A stretch of 64,000 bases of DNA from Eledone cirrhosa. Its lineage: Eukaryota. Below are positions 14,328-28,387 of this stretch, one piece after another. Position numbers and translations under genes: made by a program. The stretch lies in the NCBI GenBank assembly GCA_964016885.1, contig OZ024753.1, positions 4,216,001 to 4,280,000 of the forward strand, in the 5' to 3' direction. The stretch's first letter is position 1, and every line of letters starts with the position of its first letter. The notes under the pieces are model-generated. The model worked only from the letters and a program-made list of their open reading frames with translations, had not been told where the DNA came from and did no database searches.

Positions 14328-14517
14328 ATTGTTTCTACTTTTGGCACAAAGCCAGCAATTACCACAGTGCATTACTGGTACTTCATTTTATCGACCCCGT
14401 AAGGATGAAAGGAAAAGTGAACCTCGGCGGGATTTGCACTCAGACTACAAAGGGGCATAACTCAATGTTGCAAAGCATGGCGTCCGACCCTTTACCGATA
14501 CGTCCAATCCACCGCCC
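14326..14517 (-). mobile_element. tRNA-derived SINE, family A
   Basis: Full-length reverse-complement match to the other family A copies, ending AATCCACCGCCC. Confidence 0.92.
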
Positions 14518-14541
14518 TCTCATTATATATATAATATATAT

Positions 14542-14545
<4 letters not shown>

Positions 14546-14635
<90 letters not shown>

Positions 14636-14644
14636 TCTCTCTCT
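14546..14644. repeat. (CT)n microsatellite
   Basis: Near-perfect CT dinucleotide run. Confidence 0.97.
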
Positions 14645-14655
14645 ATATATATATA

Positions 14656-14845
14656 TAGAAGGAGCTTCTACAGGACTAGTACTGTTTCATTCAGATGAAA
14701 TCTTCAGGAAGCACAGAAGATTTCATCTGAATGAAACAGTACTAGTCCTGTAGAAGCTCCTTCTATAAAATAAAAAAAATTTACTCTGCCATGTATTGAG
14801 TACCTTACTTACTGTGGTTATCCCCGACTCAACCCGGGACCTACG

Positions 14846-14847
<2 letters not shown>
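14656..14847 (+). mobile_element. PLE-like HHR mini-element family 2 inserted in (TA)n
   Basis: Perfect 50-bp inverted repeat (14656-14705 / 14716-14765) containing HHR-like C(T/A)GAAGA-TTTCATCTGAAT-GAAAC-AGTACTA-GTC, followed by an ~82-nt tail with GTATTGAGTAC; TA repeats on both sides. Confidence 0.75.
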
Positions 14848-14896
<49 letters not shown>

Positions 14897-14902
14897 CGTA
14901 TA

Positions 14903-15115
14903 CGAGGGATAGTTGAAATAATTCTGGCTTTGGGTAAACGAAAATTTAGGTGTACCATTTAATTATGATTATATTAAACACATTCAGTAGTCAGATTCAC
15001 ACATAGCAACGGTCGTTCAGTTTTTCTAAGCCCTGAAAAAACAACTCATAAAGTTGAACCTGCAACCAGGCCCCTGTATACGGCGATCAGCCCAGGAAAT
15101 TTTCAGCACACCTCA
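14903..15115. mobile_element. Mariner-type MITE (diverged TIRs, TA target)
   Basis: TA|CGAGGGATAGTTGAAATAATTCTGGCT ... AGCCCAGGAAATTTTCAGCACACCTCA|TA. A CGAGGG start with TA flanks is typical of mariner TIRs. Confidence 0.7.
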
Positions 15116-15128
15116 TATATATATATCT

Positions 15129-15323
15129 ATCGACTTCCGTTAAATCGGACCGAGGAATGTTTCCGTCAGTCTTTCCAGTTGCTAATACTATCTACCGGTC
15201 GCAACTCCAGATAGAAGGAGCAACGTGAAATAAAGTGTCTTGCTCAAGGACATAAAGCACCGACTGGTCCAGGAATCGAACTCACAACCTCAAGATTGGC
15301 TGAGTGGTTAGATAATTGGATTC

Positions 15324-15328
<5 letters not shown>
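15129..15328 (-). mobile_element. tRNA-derived CORE-like SINE, family B, with inverted 5' end
   Basis: 15129-15298 is the reverse complement of the 21712-21930 element body. Its 5' head (TGGCTGAGTGGTTAGATAATTGGATTCACAAT, 15297-15328) is in the opposite orientation. Confidence 0.85.
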
Positions 15329-16298
<970 letters not shown>

Positions 16299-16313
16299 TG
16301 TGTGTGTATCTGG

Positions 16314-16430
16314 TATATCTAGCAAAAGACGGTATATTTATGAATAAACATTTAGAAGCCTTCAGCTCTGAATTTTGGAAATCGGTGACGTAGAGCCATC
16401 TAGTGGCTTCCAGCAGAAGCAAGGGCGAGT
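16314..16430. repeat. Unclassified dispersed repeat (copy 1)
   Basis: GTATATCTAGC...GAATAAACATTT...AGCCTTCAGCT.TGAATTTTGGAA...GTAGA.CCAT.TAG...CAGCAGAAGCA shared with 30784-30892. Confidence 0.7.
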
Positions 16431-17233
16431 AACTGTTGATGATCATGGTACCTCATTCTTGTCATTATCAAGACTGTGCTCCCCTACCTTGCTCTCTGTT
16501 GAAACTCAATATAGGCGCAAACATTTCACACCAATATACATGATGATTAGTCTGATTTGTATAAAGATATGTCGGCTGGCTTGACCAGAAAACAGAATTA
16601 AAGTGTTTGCTCTATATATGCATGTATACATTTTTCTGTGCATGCATTTTATCAACGTATTTTAGAACTCCATTGTAAATTTAGTTATCAGCCAAGGAAC
16701 TTTTAGAATATATACGATTAATGAGTCCGCTCACGTTTATAATATGAAATATAAAATTTCCTGATTGTTTACGCTTATCAATGTAGTAACCTTATTGAAA
16801 ATTCAAACAATCTCACTCCTCCACTTCAGCCTAATCATACCACCACCACCACCACCACTACTACTACTACTACTACATATACTTCATCCATAGTGTCGTA
16901 TCATTGAATGCATATTAAACACGGCTCTGATCGAACTACATTGACTGGAATATAAGCTATATAATAAATGACTAAACCTCTATACATTTATGTGTCTTCT
17001 ATTAGATTGTATTGTTTTTGAATATTTCTTATTACCTAACGCTTAATTATAGTATGGAAATTGCAAATAGAATAAAAAAATCTTAATATTATAATTATAT
17101 TCCATTAACTTAATTTTTTTACAATTCTTTAATATTGGATTTTTCATTGTGGTCTTCGCTAATATTGTTCCTATATGAGCAAAATTTATGTATGTTGGTG
17201 TTTTAGAGTTTACTGTCTATTTATATGCCTTTT

Positions 17234-17319
<86 letters not shown>

Positions 17320-20300
17320 TCGCAATATATTGAATAAGAAGCGGTTACCTATGAAAGGGTTATAATTAAAATATGCTAGCATATGATATATCAATAATGG
17401 ACATCCCAACTATGATTCTATCTATAGGGGTTGGATTTAGGGGAGTAATAACAATGAATCTGTCACGTCTGCTCGTCATATATATTTATTTATACATATA
17501 TATGTGTGTGTGTGTATATACATACATATATTACCTGCATATTAAGTTTATGCGAAAGGACGACCTTAAAGAACAACAAGAGCGCGATGTGGGGTGATTT
17601 GGCATATTAATGATGTAGAGATTAATCTTTGAGCTGGATCCCCACCCTGGAGCTATCTGAAGAAGAAAGTGTATGTAAACAAATTCCAGGCCACTTGATG
17701 AGCTAAAGGACAATTTCAGGGAGGAGATCAGAGTTAAGCCCAGGAGTGTTTGTAAAGCCAATTTATTAAACTTCATCATGCACTTCGGACAATGCAAGCA
17801 TTCAAATGGAGATCACGTGAAACATGTGCTGTAATTATGAACAAAATTATGTCAACCTTGATAGGTTGTTTCAAATGGTGTTTCATGAATATATTCGAAG
17901 TTTCATTAGTAGTTGTCAATGTTGTTATTTGGTGATTTGCCACATATTGTGCTCGTTACTATAATATCAGGCGACCAAATTTGTAGCATCTTTAGAACGT
18001 CGGAAAAATTGATCTACGTTATTCGATCTGGTTCCCTCCGCTCTGAATCAAAGCTACCGAGATAAACATACATCAACACTAATCCAGTATTTATGTCTAT
18101 GTTTGTTTGGAAAGCAGGGATATGTTCCTTTCCCATTTCTTCACTGACCTCTCTATTTCTCATATTTGAAAGGAATCGTTTGACTTCAAATCTGGATTTT
18201 CTTCAGATCTGCGCATGGTGTACATGCATGAGATGCGCACTATGACACTACGGAGCCGTTACGATTTCAATAGTAGTTATCAGTCCATACATATATATAT
18301 TAATATGACTATATCTCTAAGTTAAAATATAGTATGAATTCCTTGGTCTGCAACATGCCAATGCGAAAATATTGATCAAACATAAAACGCTGGTAAATAT
18401 TGCCTGTTGGTGATTAACAATTATTTGAGGATGGTAAAGTGTCACCTTTCTGTGACACACATAATTCATATTTCTGTGATGAGCCTCTAGTCAATTTACC
18501 GAAATAATATTGTCGTATGTTCAGTAGCCATTTAATTATTTATCTTATCAAATAATCTACATCATATTATGTCGAGGACTGGTTATTCTTTTAAATACAT
18601 TTTATTTCAAAGCTGTAAATTATGTGACGTATATTAAAGAAAATGACCATGTACATGTTATAATTTCTATCCATAGTAACATTAAACATTAGCAAATCAT
18701 AGGAAACAAACGACTTCAAATGACTCATGTACATATTAATGAAACCTATAGTTATTTCAGTTACACAACTGAAATAACTATAGGAAATATCTTTGAGCCA
18801 CAATATCAACTATTTACAAAGTTGGCCAGTATCATGTTACGGGGCAAATTGACATTTTTCTTTATATGAACTGTATTAAAATGGAGAGTGTCATTTCAAT
18901 TATAAATATTAAAAGTCTATAGAGAATCTCATTCAACTACAGGCCAGGTTGTTATGCCTAATTCTCTTGTGATGTCGAGACCAGTACATATATGTGTATG
19001 TGCGCAATCCTAATGTGAGGCCGTTATTATATTCCAGCAATGGGGATATTGTCATAAAGAAGAATATGTTCACAATACATTACTCAATTTCTATATTCCA
19101 ACAAATCGCGAAAGGAAACGTGACAATAAGTGTCCCTGGAGAACTAGTGTTTCCGACATATGAGACAAATACATTTAGTAGAATATAGATTATTTGGGTC
19201 AGGGAAGGTCTGCAAATAAGCAAAATTCTCCATATTTAAATAAACAATTTCAATTGCAGTGATTGGTTTTGTGGAATAACTAGCGATATTGCCTTCATAT
19301 GCATATAAAAGGATGCTGGTTAAACACATCTAATAAAAGAATTCATAAATATATATATCCAATCCACTGAAACGAAATGAAAACATCAAACGATGGAAAT
19401 ATGTAAAACCAGAAGCTTTCTTCGTATTCTCATTCCCCTAGACCTTTCATTTATGCTTTAATTACATTTGCATTTTGATGCATAGCATATTAACATTAGA
19501 AATATTGTGGTCAAGTGCCAAATTATTCAAAAATATAATAGACAGTATGTTTATATTTTCTAGAATATTTCTTTTAATTTATACATAGTGTTTGGCGATG
19601 CAGTATATCCATATAAATAGGGTATTTTCTATTATGATATCCATTGTATTTTACTTTCATATTTACACAAAATGCATACGTCGCCCTGTATAGATTCATT
19701 TCAGTTGAGATAACACCAAGTAACAAACATTACCTGAGAAATGTTGCTTTAAACGAAGATTTGTGTTAGTTCAGAGTGTGCTAACGGCGCAGGTAACTAT
19801 AACGCAGCGTTGTCGGGAAAATATATCATTTTAATTCATAAACAAACAACTAGCAATGTGAAAAATAAGATTAATGTTAACATGCCTTTGTTCAGAAAAA
19901 CAAAAGAGAAAAGAACGTCAGCTTCCATTATGCTGTGTCAGAGCAGCTTGGAATATTAAATAAAGCAGGTTAAATGATTGATCGTATCCTACTTCAGTGT
20001 CCTGGGTATTCGGTTTTAGATAAACAAGCGTGAGGACATTAACTCACATTCTTTAGTGTTTCATAAAATAGCAGCCTATGGTAATATACTGGTTTTCACT
20101 AAATCGAATGTCTATACACACACTTTACAACGTGTGTTTAAGTCTAATGAAAGCAGAAATAAAATAATCAATATTTTCGATACGCTGCAGATCAAATATA
20201 ATTAATGTAAGATCGTCAGTTAAAACTATTTTTTAGAATTTTTTCTATGTTCATTTATTGATTATCTCAGTTCAATAAGAATAAAGGAATAATTTAATGC

Positions 20301-20930
20301 TCTGTTTACATTTTAGTTTTTGATCTTGTTTTTGCTTTTATAATCTTTTCTTTGTTACTCTAAGAATACAGAAACATATTCATTCACGATAATTGGTTTT
20401 TGTGTGGTCATCTAATGTTTGAATCCAAGCTTAATCACATCACAATAGAGGATTCACTCAGCATATTTTTTCTGTCACTCTAATATCACTTTCAATAGTT
20501 CATATTCCTGTTTGCTACTAAATGTACTTGTTGGAATTTTTTCATTCTATGCATACTAATTTCCAATTTGGCAGTCAATAAATAAGGAATGGATATAGAT
20601 ACGTCTTTTCTGGTTTTGTTACTCACTCCGTAGTATAATGAGAATATTCCCACGATAGGAATCCACATGCCGAATCGATTAAAGTCAAGCTGTCTCCGCT
20701 TAGCTGTATTTTGTCATTGGTGGTTGGATTCTCGGAAATGTACGAAATCAAATAAAAGCATCTGAATAACCTATCAAATGTATAGGACAACCACCAGGCC
20801 CCTAGACACACACACGCATATATATATATATGTATATATAAACACATGCACACACACATTTATACATACACACACGCACACACACATATATACATACACA
20901 CACATACACCCCCCACACAACAAACCTGTG

Positions 20931-21004
20931 CTTTATTTTATCGCCCGCGTATGGATGAAAGGCAAAATTAACCTCAGCGGCGGATTTGGACTCAGAAAGT
21001 AAAG
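20931..21004 (-). mobile_element. SINE family A internal fragment (diverged)
   Basis: CTTTATTTTATCG...GGATGAAAGGCAAAATTAACCTC...GGATTTGGACTCAGA matches the family core. Confidence 0.7.
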
Positions 21005-21038
21005 TGGACCAATGACAAAAATATACAGTTATATACAG

Positions 21039-21086
<48 letters not shown>

Positions 21087-21503
21087 CTACATATATATAT
21101 ATATATGGTGGCTGCCAACTCGTTTTCGAGTACGGCCACTACTTTATATCCATGTAGGAGAACCCCTACCGATGCGCTGAACGAGTGTTACTTTTTAGAC
21201 CAGCCAGCGACTTGAAAACTCCGGTACAAACACTACACTTGTGACAATTATTGACACATAGTGCTGGGCCATGTGACGACAAGTGCAGAGAGATCTCCAG
21301 ATATAAAGCAATGCCTGTGCCATGAAGCTTTTATAGTGAGCAAAGGCACTGCACAAAGCCAGTCCCACTCTCTTAACCAAGATGATAGTTACCAAAAAGA
21401 AGAACAAGTCAACATCATTGGATACCATCAGGGTTGCAGGTGTTATATCAGAGTTTTCCTTCTCCTAGAATTCTGCCTTGACAAAGGCTAAGGGGTCATC
21501 ATA

Positions 21504-21568
<65 letters not shown>

Positions 21569-21661
21569 CTAGATATATATATATATATACCTACATATAT
21601 ATATATGTAGGTATATATATATATATATGTATATATACCTACATATATATTTATATATACC

Positions 21662-21711
<50 letters not shown>

Positions 21712-21715
<4 letters not shown>

Positions 21716-21930
21716 AGGCGTGTGGCTGAGTGGTTAGAGAATTGGATTCGCAATCGTAAGGTTGTGAGTTCGATTCCTGGACCAGGCGATGCGTTATGTC
21801 CTTGAGCAAGACACTTTATTTCACGTTGCTCCTTCTACCTGGAGTTGCGACCGATAGATAGTATTAGCAATTGGAAAGACCAACGGAAACATTGTTCCCT
21901 CGGTCCGATTTGACGAAAGTCGATCGTTCC
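21712..21930 (+). mobile_element. tRNA-derived CORE-like SINE, family B, inserted in (TA)n
   Basis: A-box TGGCTGAGTGG and B-box GAGTTCGATTCC, then TGTCCTTGAGCAAGACACTTTATTTCAC resembling the CORE-SINE central domain. Second copy at 15129-15328. Confidence 0.8.
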
Positions 21931-23458
<1,528 letters not shown>

Positions 23459-23608
23459 ATACTTTGGGAGGGTCATGTTGCCAATGAGAAACACACGCAC
23501 CAGCTGCTTTCACTTCAATTTATTATATATTTATAAATTTATAAATCTACAAACTTATAAATTTCTGGTTGGTTGGTTGGTTCCACAACCAGATAGTTGT
23601 TTATATAT

Positions 23609-23653
23609 AGTCATAGTCCTTTCGTCACACACTCTGTGACCTCTTCAGTGACT
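23609..23653 (-). ncRNA. Minimal type I hammerhead ribozyme
   Basis: Minus strand reads AGTCA-CTGAAGA-G-GTCACA(gagtg)TGTGAC-GAAA-G(ga)C-TA|TGACT: stem I AGTCA/TGACT, 6-bp stem II, vestigial stem III as in PLE minimal HHRs. Confidence 0.75.
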
Positions 23654-23822
23654 GGGGATTCCTTTCTTTGTTTCTGTGCCTTTCCTTTCTTCTATCCTAC
23701 GCCATTTTGTTTATGTGTGTGCTCAGTTTGCGCATGCGCCACATCCGGGTGTCTGTGTGTATTTATTTATTTATTGTTGGTTGGTTGTTTGTTCTATGTG
23801 TGTGTGTGTTTTCATTTTGTCC

Positions 23823-24596
23823 TTAATTGTAAGTTGTGATGTTGCTGTTCCACTCATATTTTCTATTTAATTTTGGTTGCAATTCTTTTATGCTTACTGC
23901 CTCTGTAATTTGCCTAAACATTGCATCTTTTCTGTGTGTGGATTCTATTTTTATTTCTATGTTCTCTAATCTACCCCTGTGCTCTGTCTTAGCATGTTGG
24001 TAGAGCACAGATGATTCTTTATTATCTTGAAAGTCTCGCCAGTGTTCATTTATTCGTTCCCCTATACTACGAGCTGTCTCACCTATGTACACTATATTTT
24101 TGTTTCTACATTGTCCTTCAGTACATCTTATGCTATACACTACATTTCTAGTTTTACAGTTAATATGGGGGCTTATTTTACAGGTTATACATTTCTTATC
24201 TATACATGAGGGTCTTTGGAACGGGTATGTCTTGCTAATAAGTATTTTTACGGAGGTACCTGGTCTTTCTACTATCTTAATATTGAGTTTATGTTTATTT
24301 AGGGCCCTTCTAAATTTGTAGGCTAGTTCGCCTCTAGGGGTTGTATTGATGAACATTACACTCTGGTATTTATTGCTATCATACCATGAGTTTATTCTAT
24401 TGGCCTTGTTCCTAGTTCTTTCTATTCTATTCCAAAATTTGCTCCTATACAAGGGGCAGGTCCCATTTATGTCATTATTTACCATTTTTTCCCATTTGGT
24501 TCTGGCTCCTCTATACACTCTGATTCTATCTCTCTGATTGTAGCCAGAGAACTGCATACGGTGGATGAAGTGTTGTATGTGTCTCTCTAGTTCTTC
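23823..24596 (-). CDS. PLE polyprotein C-terminus: RT-thumb end, Cys-rich linker and GIY-YIG endonuclease (5'-truncated)
   Basis: Open frame EELERHIQHFIHRMQFSGY...CIDKKCITC...NCKTRNVVYSIRC...C...VYIGETARSIGERINEH...HAKTEH...EAVSI...PKLNRKYEW. VVY/YIG, R, E and N catalytic motifs of GIY-YIG are present with no stops or frameshifts. The RT core is absent. Confidence 0.9.
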   Translation of the reverse strand, partial: EELERHIQHFIHRMQFSGYNQRDRIRVYRGARTKWEKMVNNDINGTCPLYRSKFWNRIERTRNKANRINSWYDSNKYQSVMFINTTPRGELAYKFRRALNKHKLNIKIVERPGTSVKILISKTYPFQRPSCIDKKCITCKISPHINCKTRNVVYSIRCTEGQCRNKNIVYIGETARSIGERINEHWRDFQDNKESSVLYQHAKTEHRGRLENIEIKIESTHRKDAMFRQITEAVSIKELQPKLNRKYEWNSNITTYN

Positions 24597-24684
24597 TTAA
24601 AGTAAAAGAAAGAGCTTAATATCCGGCGGGGGCAAGAGCGCGGATATTAAGCACCGGATATTAAGCTCTTTCTTTTACTTTAAG
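24596..24684. repeat. 31-bp perfect inverted repeat at the junction of two opposed elements
   Basis: CTTAAAGTAAAAGAAAGAGCTTAATATCCGG (24596-24626) / CCGGATATTAAGCTCTTTCTTTTACTTTAAG (24654-24684). The loop carries a further CGGATATTAAGC. Confidence 0.92.
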
Positions 24685-25622
24685 CCTATTAGCTAGCACT
24701 TTCAGAATTCTCCAGTTGGGTAATCTAGTGTAATTGTCTCCTATTGTTTGTCTTGTTTGTATATGTGTCTGTGTGTATATGTGTGCCTGCATGTGAATAT
24801 GGAATTTGGATATCGAGGTGTATACGTGAGTTGGTGTATATGTTAATAAGCACCCTTGTTCGGTACAGTGGATGTGACCCTTCCATACTTGCCCAGCCAC
24901 AGTGTGTGTGTTTGTGCATTGGTGGGTGTATCCCAACATGTATTGTATGGATTTGTACCTTTGTATGCTCATGAGTTGTGATGTAATACATCTATGTAGA
25001 GTGTGTACTGTGTTATAAGATGCACAATTGATTATATTTAACCTGCCCCTCGCATTTTATCTTATTTTAGTTTATTTAAATTACCTTGTTGACTCGGAGT
25101 GAACCAATGGGCCTGTGCCCATATGGGACGGAGATTTAGCCAGTCACTGTGAGCTGACCTGTGCCATCTCGCCGTGGGCAGTAGATATGGAGTACATGTA
25201 TGTGTTAGCCTCCTATTCTGCGGTTCACAGTCTACATGCTGACTTTGGGGTGTTTTTGCCCGGTGTTGTATTTTTGGCATAGTTGGCCTTCCATAGATTG
25301 ACGCTCTGTGTTATTCTCCCAAGAATAACGTCTTGGCCCCGATAGCCTTCCGTATTTATTAACGGTTTGTTTATACTTGAATCTGGTGACTACACGTGTG
25401 AATACGCATCTCCTCATAAGGTTTTATTTTGAATATTAATCGTGATTACTCTGGCTAATTTACTGTGAAACTACATTATCTGCGACCAGTGAGAGCAACT
25501 GTTATGGGTTTTTGACTTTTGTTAGCTGGGTAAGATATTTTGTGTAATATATCCGCGTAGATTTGGGTGTCCGGTGCGGTGTGTGTGTGTGTGTGTATGT
25601 ATATATTTATGTGTATATACGT

Positions 25623-25653
<31 letters not shown>

Positions 25654-26063
25654 CTGTCTCTGTATATATGTGTATGTATACTGTCTCTGTATATACAGGG
25701 CTGTGTGTATGTGTGTATGTATAAGTATACATATACTGTCTCTGGACTAACCCTAATGTTGCGTACATTCTTGCGATGCCGGATTGTTGCTCAATGTTGT
25801 GATTTTGTGGTTATCGGCTTTGGAAGCTATTTGTTATGCACGTTGTTGAGTTTTCTTATATTAAATGGTATGCATAATAACCTGCTTCACCTGACTGTGT
25901 TTTACCACCTGCACTTGCCTGCTTCTGCTCACTAATATGCGCTTCAGTTATTTGCCTCTTGATGTTCGTGCTGCTGTATATGAATTTGCCTGCAACCTTC
26001 CCAGCATATGCTCCTGCTTGTGATACGGATACACCTTGTTAACCAATTAATTCTTGCCTGAGT

Positions 26064-26198
26064 GCTCAACTCTATGAATGCACATCTGTGTATTGAACTT
26101 TGGAGTGTGAACTTTTTGGGATTGCCCAACCGCTCAACTCTATGAATGCACACCTGTGGATTGAACTTTGGAGTGTGAACTTTTGGGACTGTCCAACC
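26064..26198. repeat. 68-bp tandem duplication
   Basis: GCTCAACTCTATGAATGCACA.CTGTG.ATTGAACTTTGGAGTGTGAACTTTT.GGGA.TG.CCAACC twice (26064, 26132). Confidence 0.9.
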
Positions 26199-26709
26199 TG
26201 GGATGTTTCCATTGCATTGTAATGGTCCACTCAATCTAGTGCGGACATAGCATCTGTTCATAAAAAATCTCATTAAAAAAATCTCATTCGAACACTCTAT
26301 TGTTGAACTGCGGCTAACTGCAACACCTAAGGCGTTCGTGTGCTCCTGATATATTCCATATATCACCATGAGTCAACACTAGTGTCACCTTAGGATTTCT
26401 ATAATAATATTATTATTACATGCCCTAATAATTACCATCTTGATTACCCTTATTACATCTTTTTACCCCCAGTTACATTTTTATAAATATGCATTACTTG
26501 GACTGATATGTGTATATATATATATATATTTCTGTATATATTTTTGTGTATTTTATTTGTTGTACGTATATCACTTGTTGAACATAGCTTGATAGCTTAT
26601 GCATTTGCCAGTCTTATCTTTACCCACACCTTCCTTTGTGGTGTATATTTTACTCCATTTTTTTTGGTGTATTGTTTTATTTATCTTCTGGTGTATATTT
26701 TACTTCACT

Positions 26710-26900
26710 TTATTTTATTTTATTTTATTTTATTATTTTTTATTTTTTATTTTTTATCTTTTATCTATTTTTATCTATTTTTTATCTATTTCTTATCTAT
26801 TTTTTTATCTATTTTTTATCTATTATTTATCTATTATTTATCTATTTTTTATCTATTTTTTATCTATTTTTTATCTACCTCTTATCTATTTTTTATCTAT
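26710..26900. repeat. (TTTTA)n/(TTATCTATTT)n low-complexity minisatellite
   Basis: Repeating TATCTATTTTT units. Confidence 0.85.
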
Positions 26901-27252
26901 CACTATCTCTTAACTTGAGCCCATCCGTCTATATGTTATTTGTATTAGTGTATACTGTATGTGTTGCATACGGGTGCTTGTGTGTAGGTGCATGCGGGTG
27001 CTCATGCTTATGCGTATACTTGTATGTAGCTGTATGTTAACGGAACCCTGCCCAACTGTGAGTGATAACATTTCTTATTTTTCATTTTTATTTTTATTTT
27101 TATTTTTATTTTTACTTTTATTTTTATTTTACTCTTTTCTTATTTTACTCCTTTTACTTTACTCTTTAAACTCCTCCCAACTTATGGTATCCCCACATAT
27201 ATTCTTCTGTTTTGGCTTTGTCAATGCTTGTATACTATGTATTTACTCTTTA

Positions 27253-27298
27253 TGCTCTGAAGAGTCCCACTTCTAGTGTGGACGAAACACTGTTAGCA
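27253..27298 (+). ncRNA. Minimal type I hammerhead ribozyme
   Basis: TGCT-CTGAAGA-GTCC CAC(ttcta)GTG t GGAC-GAAA-C(act)G-TT|AGCA: canonical core, stem I TGCT/AGCA, G10.1-C11.1 pair, GUU cleavage triplet. Confidence 0.8.
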
Positions 27299-27430
27299 AT
27301 TAAAGATATACCTATGTTCTAAGCGCTCTTTGTTGTTAATTGTATTACGGCTCTGTCCTCTGACATTGAGCTAACCATATACTGCCTATTTGATAAGTGG
27401 AGTGTTACACACTCCCAATTCTCTCCCTTA

Positions 27431-27486
27431 TATATATATATGTATATATATATATATGTATATATATGTATATATGTATATATGCA

Positions 27487-27521
<35 letters not shown>

Positions 27522-28172
27522 GTATATATGTATATATATGTATATATGCATATATATTTATGTATATATACCTATATATGCATATATATATATGTATATA
27601 TATGCATATATATATATATGTATATATATGCATATATATATATGTATATATATGCATATATATATATATGTATATATATGCATATATATATATGTATATA
27701 TATGCATATATATATATGTATATATATGCATATATATATATGTATATATATGCATATATATATATGTATATATATGTATATATATGCATATATATATATA
27801 TATATGCATATATATATATGTGTATATATGTATATATGCATATATATGTATATATATGCATATATATATATATATGCATATATATGTGTATATATGCATA
27901 TATATATGCATATATATATGCATATGTATATATATATATGTATATATGCATATATGTATATATATATGCATATATGTATATATATGTATATATATATGCA
28001 TATATATATGTATATATATGTATATATGTATATATATGTATATATGTATATATATGTATATATGTGTATATATGTATATATATGTATATATGTATATATA
28101 TGCATATATATATATGTATATATATATATGTATATATGTATATATATGCATATATATATATATATATATGCA

Positions 28173-28203
<31 letters not shown>

Positions 28204-28305
28204 ATATATGCATATATGTATATATGTATATATATGTATATATGCATATATGTATATATGTATATATATGTATATATGCATATATATATATATATATATA
28301 TATGC

Positions 28306-28337
<32 letters not shown>

Positions 28338-28347
28338 GTATATATGC

Positions 28348-28387
<40 letters not shown>

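Larger units (their letters stand above)
23454..24598 (-). mobile_element. 5'-truncated Penelope-like retroelement (Naiad-like), 3' end in (TA)n
   Basis: GIY-YIG ORF followed by a 3' non-coding region with a minimal hammerhead; the 3' end abuts the TA array. Confidence 0.9.
24627..27430 (+). mobile_element. Putative 2.8-kb non-coding HHR-bearing retroelement (non-autonomous PLE/retrozyme-like)
   Basis: T-rich strand-biased sequence without a credible ORF, HHR ~130 nt from the 3' end, 3' end joined to a TA array. Boundaries are inferred from the junction hairpin and the array. Confidence 0.55.

Noticed and set aside
21105-21500. GC-richer 400-bp block between TA tracts with short ORFs
   Set aside because: Stops interrupt the frames examined and no identifiable domain; probably a TE fragment but unclassifiable here.
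21712-21790. tRNA gene-like sequence
   Set aside because: A/B boxes continue into a SINE body with a second copy nearby; this is a SINE head, not a tRNA.
26064-26198. Repeat pairs considered as CRISPR-like
   Set aside because: Contiguous tandem duplication without spacers, eukaryotic context, no cas genes.
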